Origin: Octopus sinensis
Lineage: Eukaryota
Assembly (NCBI RefSeq): GCF_006345805.1
Contig: NC_043019.1
Span: 25,543,360-25,607,359, forward strand
DNA length: 64,000 nt
Direction of reading: 5' to 3'
Shown piece after piece: positions 51,714 through 64,000 of this stretch. Positions within the stretch are counted from its first letter, which is position 1; the number at the start of each line of letters is the position of its first letter. The translations under genes and the position numbers were made by a program. The notes beneath the pieces were generated by a model. It saw only the letters and a program-made list of their open reading frames with translations, did not search any database and was not told where the DNA came from.

Positions 51714-51758
<45 letters not shown>

Positions 51759-52539
51759 ACTTTGACAAAAATCTTATACTACTAGTTTCATCCATATTAA
51801 TCTTAAACTTTAATTCACAGTGCAAGGCTTGTTGCAGACGTCATGGCTGGACACGACAACATCAACAACAGCGGAGAAGAAATGTAGAAAAATATTGAGA
51901 AATATAAAAAAGAAGATCTATTTAAATGTAGAAAAAAAAAGTAGGAAAAAAAAATCGAAGCATTCGGTTTGCCGTTGTGAGCTCCAAGTATAATAATGAC
52001 TTCAAAATTGAAAAAAATAAGATCCTTATGAAGGCTATGGGAGATTAATGAAAATATGCTGGGATGAAGCACAACCGACCAAATTTATTTTACTGGAGAA
52101 CAATTTTGCCAACGGGCAACATTTGCTGAATGCAAGAAAGGAGCCGATTAATGCAATTTCATTCTGAAAAAAAGAAGAAAAAAAAAAAGAGAGAAAGGGT
52201 GGTGGGGTTGACGATATAAATATCTGGAATGTAATTCTTACTGAAGTCTGTCAAGAAAAGATTATTTCATCATCATCATGATCATCATCTTCAACATCAT
52301 CTTGATCATCATCATCATCATCATCATCATCGTCGTCGTCGTCATCATCATTATCATCATCATCAATATCATCGTCATCATCATCATCAGTGTCGTCATC
52401 ATTATCATCAATATTGTCATCATCATCATCGCCGTCGTCGTCATCATTATCATAAGTACCATTATCATCGTCATTATTGTCATCGTCTTCGTCATTATCA
52501 TCGTCATTACCATCATCAGCATCATTATCATCACCATCA

Positions 52540-52925
52540 TCAAGGCTAGTAATTGTAGGGAAATGGGGTAAGTCAATTACATTGACCTCAGTACTTGACT
52601 GGTACTTTATTTCGTCGACCCCTAAAGGATGAAAGACAAAGTTCGCCACGGTGGCATTTAAACTTAGAACAAAATACCGGAAGAAACACCGATAATCAAT
52701 TTGTCCGGCATGGTAAAGATTCTGCCAGTTTGCCGCATTACAATAACAACAACAACAAGAATACTGATAATAGTCGCTTCAAATTTTGGCACAGGGCCAG
52801 CAGTTTCAGAGTAAGGAGTTAAGTCGATTACATCAACCCCAGTATTCAACTGGTACTTGCTTGAACGACCCGAAAGGATGAGAGACCAAGTCGACTTCGG
52901 CAGAGTTTGAACTCAGAACCAGAAA
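52540..52925 (-). mobile_element. Two family-1 SINE remnants
   Basis: Central blocks at about 52600-52670 and 52850-52920. Confidence 0.8.
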
Positions 52926-53170
52926 AGACACGGAATATAGAGAAACTGTAGCCAAAACCGTTAATGGAACTGATTTTTGAAAGTTAACCTATAACGGGTG
53001 CATATGCACATGGGAAGACATGCAAACAGATTCATGCAGGTGTGAATGTGCGCACCTGCATATTTCAAAATATACAGACCCATGCGTTTAATGATGTGTA
53101 TATTTGCACGCAAGCATACATGTGTACAAACATATATTTTTGTTTACATGCGTATATACATGTGTGTGAA

Positions 53171-53490
53171 GGCGCGTGGCTTAGTAGTTAGGGCATTCGG
53201 CTCACGATTGTAAAGTCGTGAGTTCAATTCCCGGCGACGCGTTGTGTCCTTGAGCAAGACACTTTATTTTCAAGTTGCTTCAGTCCACTCAGCTGGCAAA
53301 AATGAGTGGAACCTTTATTTGAAAGGGCCAGCATTGTCACCTTCTGTGTCACGCTGAATCCCCTTGAGAAATACGTGAAGGGTACGCGTGTCCGTGGAGT
53401 GCACAACCACTTGCACGTTAATTTCACGAGCAGGCTGTTCTGTTGATCGGATCAGCTGGGACCCTCGTCGTCGTAACCGACGGAGTGCTC
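53171..53490 (+). mobile_element. tRNA-derived CORE-like SINE
   Basis: A box TGGCTTAGTAG, B box GTTCAATTCC, GTCCTTGAGCAAGACACTT...CAGTCCACTCAGCTG block. Confidence 0.85.
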
Positions 53491-53597
53491 CTTATATACA
53501 TGCATACATACATACATACATACATACATACATACATACATACATACATACATACATACATACATACATACATACATACATACATGCATGCATGCAA

Positions 53598-54500
53598 CAC
53601 TGCCTAAATCCCAATCTTGAGGAATTAGGCTTCTCAAAACCAGAAAGGAGAAAGCTAATTCGAAAACTACAGATCCAATCCATCACTGGAACTTAAACAT
53701 CTGTAAAACTTGCCAGAAATTTACCATTTAAATATATATGTGAGCATGTCTAGATATGCAACTACATGCATGAGAAGACATATATAAAACAAAACATACA
53801 AATCTACTCATATACATGCATACCATACATTCACACATACATACATACATACATACATACATACGTACATACATACATACATACACACATACATACATAC
53901 ATACATACATACATACATAATACATACATACAAAAATACTATGTTGTTGATGTTGAGATTCCAATGAAGGAGCCTTGGATCTAGGTTAGAAACTGGCCCT
54001 TTGCCTATTGGCAAGAAATCTTGAAATAAAGCCGAACAATCACATTCTAACATGCAGTCATAGAGGTCAGCTGCTCTGCCAATGTCAATATTTCTTCGAA
54101 AATGCAAGAAATGGAGAGGGCGAGAGAGAAGGGGAAAAGTGGGGTCCATAACTACAGCAACTGCTTCGAAACCTCCAGTTTCTATATCCAGGTTATAAAT
54201 TCACATTTAAGCCACTAATAATCGATGCGCTTGGTCCTGTGAATCAATACGTTGGTGACAATCTGGATAAGCTGAATATTTCAGGAAAAGAAATCGATCA
54301 GCTAACATGCACATTATAAATACAATCCGTTAGTGGAACAGTAAAACTATGCAAAACTTTCCTAAAGTTTAAAATACGAATGGTTTTGTAATCTACATTC
54401 CAATGATGGAGCAATGTATATTTTTTAGAGACTTGCTCCTTTTTCAGAGAAAAAACCCCAACTTAGATAACTAAAAACAGAAGAGAACATACAAATATAG
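53598..54500 (+). mobile_element. Two 3' ends of a second RLE-type LINE family
   Basis: LEELGFSKPERRKLIRKLQIQSITGT*-ICKT (53598-53730), and LLRNLQFLYPGYKFTFKPLIIDALG...SVSGTVKLCKTFLKF (54150-54385). Confidence 0.7.
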
Positions 54501-55427
54501 ATGCTATATAGATACATACATACAAATATACATACATTTGTATATACATACAGAGAGTAGAATATATATTGACACATCCGAAATCAAGATACGCTCTGCT
54601 CTTCTATGATTTTGTCTCACGTTGTCTAACACAATGACTCAAATTTCTGTCGTCTCAATAAATATAGGTTGGTACATTATTATATTTGTAAAGCAATAAG
54701 TACAGATAATCACCAGGATGTAATAAACTTATGACCATACCAAACTTATGATCATACATGTTTTCACTGGATAACTCTAGTCATTTCCTACTTCAATAAT
54801 AATATTTTACCAGCCCAATACGTTTTGTAATTGGTTAATAACATACACCATTTTGCTTTCTTTCGTGGAAACATAAATCACAAGTATTTTGCTATAAAGA
54901 ACTGCATGAAATCTCAAGTACATTTGCCGTTATACTTACATGTCAGGGAATGTCATCTTCAATAAATTGCATTGCAAAAATGGCAGAGATTTGTTTGCCT
55001 TTAGAGACAGTTTTAGTTGGAGCAACATACTCACAAACAGATGTAATATAATCGATCTGCTTTCCAACATTCATTGCTTAATCACAGCATTTTTTTCCTT
55101 CTCCTCTTCTCTTCTCCTCTAGGGAAATTTCTCAAGAAATTTACAGGCGAATGCTATCCAATAGTATCGATACTCTAAATACTATTAAAAGTTGTTCTCA
55201 TTCCTTACACTCACTTCCACCCTCACCCACTCCCTCGCTTCCTTTCCATCTTTCCTTCTTCCCCTTTCATATTTTTATATAAATGGATGTATGGAGATTA
55301 TATATATATATATATATATATATTCGATTAACGAAGAAAGTTTGATCGGTGAATAGATGTAGGGAATTCTGTCTCCTATCTACAAAGAATAAATTCACCA
55401 GATAAGCGCATGCATCAACATACATGT

Positions 55428-55466
<39 letters not shown>

Positions 55467-55857
55467 CACACACATACTCACAAACACACACAGAAACACA
55501 CACAAACACACACAAACACAAACACACATCTATATATATTGTGCTTAAGTTCTTTCTGTTTTGTCGACAAATTCTATCGTTTGTATGCATCTCTGTATGA
55601 AATCATTTATAAGTATTTGTATGTGAATACACTTGACAATGGCTATATCTAACTATGTTTTATTTTTGGAAGGAAGAGCAGTATTGAAGAGAGTTGCAGG
55701 GACTCCAAGACTGGCAGGGAAGAGATAGAGGGGAGGAGACGAACCAACGAATCATACTAGAAGCAGTGTATGTATTGTCAAACTTAGGAGCTGATCAGCA
55801 AAATGTACCCCAAGAGGGTATATAACAAATAACGGTTTAAATCTAGCTGGTTTATGT

Positions 55858-56180
55858 AAAGGGTAAATATCCCCTTCGATCATGAAAGACCATGGGATTG
55901 CACTTAGAAAGTTCCCCTCCGAGGCACAGGTCTGGGCAAGGTTGTTTGTGGAAGACCAGCAGTTTCCCATACATACCAACCTCCCGTCTGAATGACTCTG
56001 ATGTTATGCAAGGGAAAGGCAATGGGGCCGATACAGCTTGGTAATTCATTTCTGTAGATGAGTGAACTGGAGGAATGTGAAATAAAGTGTCTTGCTCAAG
56101 AACACAATACACAGCCCGGTCTGAGAATCGAACTCACTACCCCATGATTGTGAGCCCGACGCTCTAACCACCGAGCCATG
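55858..56180 (-). mobile_element. tRNA-derived CORE-like SINE
   Basis: The minus strand reads TGGCTCGGTGG A box, GTTCGATTC B box, TTCTTGAGCAAGACACTT block. Confidence 0.85.
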
Positions 56181-57104
56181 CGAATAAAAATACTCAAGAG
56201 TCAGATGATGGAGATAAACAGAGTAAAAGAACGAGAGTACCACACGTTTGTACTACGCTAGCACGCGTCAAGGCTTCACGTGATGGTGTTAAACAAGGTG
56301 AGAGCTTAAGTCTTGCACCTTTATTTTTGCAAAAAGCAAGACACACCAACGTGACGATATTAAGACCAGGCTACACACTAGGACATGCCGGTGTATAAGA
56401 CACGCTTTTTAAAATTCTTAAACATCATGAATCTAAAGCGATCGTATGGTGGATGAGAATTCGAATTGTATGAAGAAACAGTAATTTATTTTTTTCAACA
56501 AAATATAGTTTTCTCTCCTGAAAAGGTAGGGGCTTTTCTTATGCAAAAGCGCTTCTTATACACCAACAAATACGGCAGTTATCCGTCGAACAAACCAAAA
56601 ACCAGAGGACATGTGTCACATGGTTCCCAGTTTTATATCAAAACTATTTATTGTCTAGTTTGTTTTAGGTTTTAAACTGTATCGATCTCTTTGTTTAAAT
56701 AGTTTGCTTTTTTCAATAACGTCAAATCGAAAGCGGGGTGGGGCGACCGCCGAACTCTCTGCCTGGCGCAGTGCAGGCAATATTTCTGAAACCAATTTTC
56801 GCATTATATTCTTCATTACTCAGCATTACCGCCTTTATTGTTTCCATCTTTGTTTTAATTTTTGTTTCATAGAAATTTATTACCTCTTTTTTTTTAAATC
56901 TCGAAATTGATTATACATGAGATGACAACAGCATTAATTATATTTAATTAGCTTAATTTATAGGAGACCCACTACCATGGCCATCCCCTCACATAGAAAC
57001 AATAGAGAGTCTAGCAAATTATAAATTTCTATTGAAATCGCTGCAGCTGTTAATTAATTTCGTTTATAGCCTGTTATGAATACATATACATACATGCACA
57101 CATA

Positions 57105-57139
<35 letters not shown>

Positions 57140-57394
57140 TATATATGTGTGTGTGTATGTTACTTTGCCATATGGCTTGTACTGCGAGACCCTCCCCTCA
57201 TGTGATATCCATCAGAGGTCACAAATATTTCGACACCTTTCAATAGTACTTTGGTAGCACTAAGGCTACCAAGGAGTGTTTGGGTTCTTTTTATTCATAT
57301 TGTAGTTCGTTTCTTCCCTCTATTGTCAAAGCAGACACGTCATCGGACTGGCTATAGTAGTCACCTCTCTTACTAACAACCAGTCTTCTTTCTG

Positions 57395-57720
57395 ACACGT
57401 ACATAAGAAAATTACTAAGTTAGCTAATCATATCTGGGATCTGGAGACTATCAATATACCACAATCCATTATATGGAGAATCGTAGAACGATCCACGCGA
57501 AGCGTTCATGGGTCAAAGAGGTTAAACTTTGTATAGCCAAAAGATCTCATATCCACTTTAAATCTAAGAACTATACCGACCGACTGAATTCTAGATCCAA
57601 AATTGTTACTAAATTTACGCATCTGGATAAGTTATTATTATTGAACTGGAAAACACAACCCTCTCCGGATGCAACCCCACAAACGTTAAACTTTCCTATA
57701 TGATTTAAGTACACTAAGCA
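57395..57720 (+). mobile_element. Penelope-like GIY-YIG C-terminal fragment
   Basis: TKLANHIWDL...IIWRIVER...KLCIAK...RLNSRSKIVTKFTHLDKLLL, matching the PLE C-terminal pattern. Confidence 0.75.
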
Positions 57721-58019
57721 TATTAATTCTCATTCTAACAGGCAAAGAGACGCAACTCTTATATATTTTCTCCCGCTCCCTTTTGTATTTACTTCCAGTT
57801 ATTCTCGTTATTTGTCACATTTTCTTGGCTAGCATACGGCTCGCTATTCATCCTAGTCTAACTAGTAGAAATTATATCATCTGCTCAACAACAAGCTAAA
57901 AACATAAAGTTTTTAGCTAAACCTTAGAGTGAAACTGTTGATCCTGAACCAGCAACCGCAGTCAAAGATTCAGTCCCTAAAAGTGAACAAAATGACACTA
58001 ACTTAAGACCAAACTACAT

Positions 58020-59400
58020 AAATAAATATCAACATCCGTAATACAAGATGGAGTGTGATATTGAAAAATTCATACAAAAAATTTCTAACAGTGAAATATG
58101 TTTGCAAACAGGACGTATTCCACGTTCTGAAACATTTCCAATAAAAAGCAAGCGATAATCTTTTTCAGTTGGCATCTGTAGAGATAGGAATGAAATGCCG
58201 AAATGTCCGAGAGAAGTTGGCGACTGCAGAGTATCAAGAAACTTGACGTATTTTGTTTCTCACATCGAGTCATAGGTGAAGTTAATGCATCAACTTTGAC
58301 AACAGAATTTTCCACCACAGAAAAATGGTGAGTATTATTTGACAGATTTCTTGAATAAGAATGTAGTTACGAGCATAAATTGAATTATGTGTCATGGAGA
58401 AATTTTCAACGATGAATCCCCCCATACAGTTGCATAAAATATTTTCTCCATAAACAAATTTTAGCAGAAGAGACTAACCGAACCATTATACCCTTTAAGT
58501 GATATCATTTTATTACTACGGTATTTTTAGATAGTGCATTATATATTATTATATTGCGTGCGTAAAGCGAGTTTGCATTCTGTGGTATCTATCTTGTGAT
58601 TGGCAATGTTCAGAATATTAAAGTTCCTTGGCCTGGTTGAACTTTTCTCTGATTGATACCACGTACTTGAAACCCTAGCCAAGAAGGACAGAGAAAGCCA
58701 GGAGGAAGTAGAAAGGTTGAAAGTACATTACTTGTCAGATGAATAACAAGATCGATTTGTTTCTTTTCGCTTCAGTCTCATTTTTAAAATGATATTCACT
58801 GCAACTTATTTTGTACATGTCAAACCAAAGAACTTTATCATATTTTACCATCAATGTATAAATTGGGAGTTTAAAACTTAAAAAGATTTCTATCTTTTGA
58901 CGATTATTGCAAGAAAGCAGGTTCTGGAATTGGAAACCTGATAAAGGAGGCATTGAATGAAAATGGTATTCTCTTGGTAGCTTACAAGAGTTAAGAATGC
59001 GACAATGGTGCCAATATACCATGCATTAAATGTTACACGGCCCAGATGCAGCAAAGTGCTGTACTAAAACCTATTGAATGTCTGACTACCTATAATATGT
59101 TTTCCTATATTCAGCAAAGACTGAAAAATTCTTCACACACACACACATGGGTTGTCAATCAATTCACCGTATGACACCTTTCTGGTGGGGTCAGCTAGAA
59201 TACATTAGCATGGAACTATTTCAATCATGTCTCATTGGTATAATCTAAAGGATTAATTTGACAGCAGCAGACACATGACTTCTTTAGATGAATATTCATG
59301 AATTCCATCTAGTTCAACAATTTTGTTACCATTAAGGTTTTCTGAGATATTAATATCAATGGACGCTGTTGCTGATACTGGAGAGGGAAACATAGAAGGA
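58020..59400 (+). mobile_element. Highly decayed hAT (ZMYM1/Tip100-like) transposase
   Basis: RRSWRLQSIKKLDVFCF and RFLSFDDYCKKAGSGIGNLIKEALNENGI...CDNGANI resemble hAT TTF-zinc-finger and DNGANM motifs. Confidence 0.65.
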
Positions 59401-59817
59401 GTCATGGATAATGTGCAGAAACTACCGGATCAGTTTGCGTCTCTGCCGACGGAGTATAAACGCCGTTAAACTTGTTAGCTGAAAGTAAAACTAGCAACAC
59501 TGGAGGGGGGGGGGAGATAAGAATTTTTTTAATGCAAACCAGCGAAGTGAGGAAAACCAAACAAAGAATTCTATCACATGTCCAGAATCATTATTTTGGA
59601 GAATTAAAAAATGTTTGATTTATGTCATTCACGATTCTGTCTTCGGTCGTCTAACGAAATTTGAAACTGCAAGCATAAATTTCTAATGCTTTCTCCCTTC
59701 TGTCAGTACACACACGCACGCACGCACGCAAACACACACACACACACATACACGCGCACGCACACACAAACACACACATGCATATATGAATGTATGTATG
59801 TATGTATGCATGTATGT

Positions 59818-59882
<65 letters not shown>

Positions 59883-61249
59883 CACACACATACGTATATA
59901 TACACATACGCATATACATATATATAGAGAGAGATACAGATATATACATATGTATGTATATATGAATGTATGTATACATGTACATATGCATGCATGCATG
60001 TATGTATGTATGTATGTATGCATGTATGTATGTATGTATGCATGCATGTATGTATGTATGTATGCATGCATGTATGCATGCATGTATGTATGTATGTATG
60101 CATGCATATATATATATATATGTATGTATGTATGTATGTTTGTATGTATGTATGTATGTATGTATGTATGTATGTATTGCAAAGATAAAGTTAACTGGTA
60201 CTTCGGAGTTTCGCCTATCGGTGTTTTTCAGCCAGCGAAAAAATTCGTGCCCAGAAAATATTTATATAGGAAAGCCTCTACAAAAGAATGGATTATTTAT
60301 GACGGGTTTTGCCATTATTCAAATATTTTATTAGGCTTTGCAATACTAGTGGTGTCAATCTCTCCTCAGTACATAAGTGTCGGTGAATCATATATTGGTA
60401 TTATCCTGCCCTCACGTAAAACTCTAATCTTAAATAAGGAGTTGTTCTGGGATAAATATATGGACCTGCAAGTCTATTTGATGTCTCGATTATGTATTAT
60501 TACAACACCGATATGTGGGTTTTAGTCACCCTGCAAATAAAAAAAAACACGCTTGAAACTAAATTTTATATTTACATTAAATTGACTTTATCGAGACGAT
60601 GGATTAGCCGTAACAGACAGCTATAATGGCTCCATATACTAAATATATTTAGAAAAAAAAGAAAAACATTTATAAATGTTTTTGAAGAGCATTGGACTTA
60701 AAATTATAGTCGTTATTAACTTACTTTGATAAATTTTCATGCCTGGAAATCGATAGTTTTTTTGGTTTTTTTTAAGAATTTTCAGGTTTGGAAATATATA
60801 TGTATATATTCGTTGAGGCATTTTGAGGTCTGGAATTCGATACTTATGAACACTTTCATAAACCAATTGAATAACGTCGCTACATAAACACCTTCTGGTC
60901 ACCTTCCTCACATTGTATTTAGAAAGTCCAGATCTGATATATAAGTTTGAGAGACTTTAACCTCTCTTCTTCGTGAGATATTTTCGCTTGGACAGCCACT
61001 TACTACAGCAGAGCTCTAAGGGGTACAAGCTTAGCAACACAAAAAAAAAGTCATACACTCTGATCATCTCACCAGTAAAATACAGAAATAATCCCAGAAA
61101 GTTTATAGGGGTTTCACGCCCATCATTCCCCTCAGTTTTGTGTCTAACCTCAGGAAGAAATTTGGACCTTTTAGACATGCATTTCTCACAGCCATAGAAT
61201 AAGAATTTCTTCCACCAAATGGTCTGTCTCCTTCTGTCCTTTTCTCTGT

Positions 61250-61324
<75 letters not shown>

Positions 61325-62153
61325 ATATAGAGAGAGAGAGAGAGAGAGGAGTTTCTACCTAGAGAGATAGAAATACATAAGTAAACCTGTATATACTGAT
61401 AGAAAAGCAATATATGTAAATATTTTCTAACAGCTAAGAGATATATATTTATAGCTTTTTATTTCTCAAGCTGGGTCGGTAGCTAGCTTTGTAGAAAGGG
61501 AAGTAGGTAGGTTGATAGGTAACTATACAGGTAGATAGCTGGATACATAAACAAGTAAATAAATAAAAATTATATTCACGTCGGAAGGCATTAGTTACGC
61601 TGCGTGCACACAAAATTATACACACACAAACAAACTCATATACTCATGCAAATTCATATACAAACGTATGTAGACAAACATTGACACATACATACTTCGG
61701 TATACATAAACCTTCTTTCAAAGCACGTATATACATTCACACACACACACTCGTGCACTGTGTCATTTACACATTTCTCATTCTCAATTAATAAAAATAA
61801 GAAGAGGCAAAAAACTGAACACATTTCCATTGTGAAAAACTGAAATTATATCTTGCTTAGCTCTTTGAATGCAGGGAAACGTGATTTATTCAATGTTCTC
61901 ACACGAAAAGACAACGTTGGTTCGATTCTCACTAGGAGTTGTCACATATTTGTTCTCTATCATACGAGAACTCTTTGTTTCGACACGTTTTACTTCTTTT
62001 TTTTCAAAACATGATCGTGTAAACATGTATTCAACTTTCAGTCCTAGATTAATTAGTTACAATACGTCCATAAGGTACGTGATTGTATCGCTGAGAGATG
62101 TGTTATAGCTGAAGTAGAGAGTTACAGCGTATGGCAAACAGAAAAAAATTATT

Positions 62154-62192
<39 letters not shown>

Positions 62193-62589
62193 GCTAGCAG
62201 GATCGACCTACTAGAAAGAACAACCAAATATCCCCCACCTCACATCTTACTGTCTTCAAGGAATGAATGATAGAATGGATAACGATGTAGAAATAAAAGA
62301 GCAGGTCAGGTGGTCACGGGTGGAGTGTATTTAATCAAAGATTTACTCAACTAGAATCCGACCCCTAACCAAACGACAACCATTAACACTAATGCCCTCT
62401 GCCGAGAGAAAGGTTGTATCTGGTCACACAACAAGTTTGAAATAGTAGTTAAATCCACTTAAAAGAACACCTCACATAAACCAGACTATGAACAATCAGA
62501 GTTATCTCGATGTAAATAACAGAACTTACAGAAGAAATTTGAGTTCCAAATTCATAAGATATTTCCTCTCTTCACGCCACATAAACTTG

Positions 62590-63450
62590 GAAGTTTTAAC
62601 CATTATTTCTAACTACCGAAGCAGTCCGTATATTTGTTCTTTTATTTTAGTATTAAATCTCATAGACTTGTTTTTTGCCTGGTTGAGGGCCGTCTTGTGC
62701 GGTTATTTCATTGCGAATGGTTGTCTTCTGCTGCATCTAACATAGGCTGTCAGATAGCAACACAACGTTATCTGTGTAATCAAGGTCCTCAAGTTGCTTA
62801 CACATGGCAAACTGAATTCCTGTCGTTCTGTCTGTTGTGGTGGTTGTCATTTATAAATCGGTCGTTAATAAAATTTGGACAGCAATATTGACCAGACTGG
62901 TGGCACTCACACTGATGTGTAACCCCGAATTGCTGAAATGTCAATCGTATTTGTTCTGTTGAATAAAATCTGAAAGTCAGGACTTTTCTCTAAGAACACA
63001 AAGATCTGCAACTTTAACTGAAATGTGAGGTCAGTGCTACCGCATGGAGCAGGGGAGTAGAGGTCATTGGAAGCCAAACTAAAGAAAATGTAGATTTTCG
63101 TTAATCATTGCCTCACGAGGAGAGTCAGTATCTTACTGGCCGAAGAAAATCAGCAGCAGAACCCTGCGGAGGCGAACACAGAACAACGCAGTCGAGACGA
63201 AGAGGAAGGGAAAAATGTAATCCTGGATTAGTGGCGTCCTAAGAAGGACCTAGCACAATGTCGCCAGGAAGTCCCTCCGAGGAATCCTCAGGGTAAGATG
63301 AAGGGAGGAAGATCAAAGAACTCTTAGCAACGTGATCTGGAGAATAAAGTGAGATCTGAATGAAGGTTAAATGCCCGTAACTGAGAGAAAATGCCCAAAA
63401 CAAAGATGAGTTGGAATAGGAGAGTTCGTCTCAGGAGGAGGGCAAAAGCC
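62590..63450. mobile_element. RTE-X-like LINE with inverted 5' segment
   Basis: Minus 62870 to 62590: GIQFAMCKQLEDLDYTDNVVLL...SMRFNT. Plus from about 62874: DSNIDQTGGTHTDV-RI...TKICNFN-NVRSVLPHGA...NPQGKMKGGRSKNS. Confidence 0.82.
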
Positions 63451-63487
63451 TGGGCGAGTGAATTAACATGACTAGTATTTGTTTATA

Positions 63488-63880
63488 TACGGTGTTCAAA
63501 AAGTCTCTCCACAGTATTTCATTGCAAAACAAATATTTATAAGATGGTATAAGACTACAAAAGAAGATATTAGACTTTACAAGACTTTAAAAAACTTTAT
63601 AAGAGGTGTTGAAAGTGTCGTCCTTCATTTTCAATACATAAACTTGTTCCTTTTTCTTTAAAAAAAAAATTGTTTGCGGAATCATAAAAGATTTTGAATT
63701 TTGAAAAGAAAAAAAAAAACATTTGAATCCAATTTGTCATAGAGTTGGTTTGATACGTTGTCTTTGCAAAACATTTCTTTGGGTTTCGAGGAGTCATTGA
63801 TTTCAAATTTGATATTAGTAGGGACACAGAAAAAAGTGCATTTAATGACTTATGATTCAATTAACACACAGTAAACACTT
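63488..63880 (-). mobile_element. Tc1/mariner 3' end, same TIR family as 47854-48090
   Basis: TIR GTGTTCAAAAAGTCTCTCCACAGT. C-terminal CIENEGRHFQHLL on the minus strand. Confidence 0.8.
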
Positions 63881-64000
63881 TTTAATTATATAGGACTCAA
63901 TTAACACACAGCTAACACCTCCATTTTATTACATATTACATAAATTGCCAGACAAATATCTTCCTTTAATGACCAACATCTCAATTAGGACACCTGAAAT

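Noticed and set aside
60180-61020. ORF tails at 60180-60525 (+) and 60639-60911 (-), suggestive of FERM-, LRR- or CRE-like fragments
   Set aside because: Only vague motif resemblance and no consistent splice or frame support. It may be a decayed retroelement but cannot be assigned.

Overview
Eukaryotic, AT-rich, repeat-dominated 64 kb window. It is most likely from an octopus or other cephalopod; this is an inference from the tRNA-derived SINE families and the microsatellite load. Most ORF-track entries are artefacts of microsatellites (AAT, TA, CA, TACA, TAGA, GA, GAT). Supported content: (i) many tRNA-derived SINEs of about four families; (ii) decayed non-LTR retrotransposon pieces (R4/Dong-type RLE elements, L1/Tx1, RTE/RTE-X, Penelope-like); (iii) decayed DNA transposons (three mariner, DD37D/maT-like Tc1, Tigger/pogo, hAT, non-autonomous Helitrons, tiny MITEs); (iv) two tentative spliced host genes inferred by hand from splice signals and codon phase, one + strand chain (20056-35128) and one - strand start (42465-41041) behind a CCAAT/GC-box promoter. 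No intact transposase or RT ORF, CRISPR, rRNA or genuine tRNA gene is supported. The most unusual structures are: a head-to-tail stack of four Dong-like 3' ends separated by (AAT)n; an ORF-less element with a split-direct-repeat (A-B-A-B) layout; a 184-bp tandem SINE array; a TSD-bounded SINE carrying telomeric repeats; a twin-priming-type inverted RTE-X; and a palindromic STAT/NF-kB-motif minisatellite. Family names come from motif recognition, not database searches. Many boundaries are approximate.
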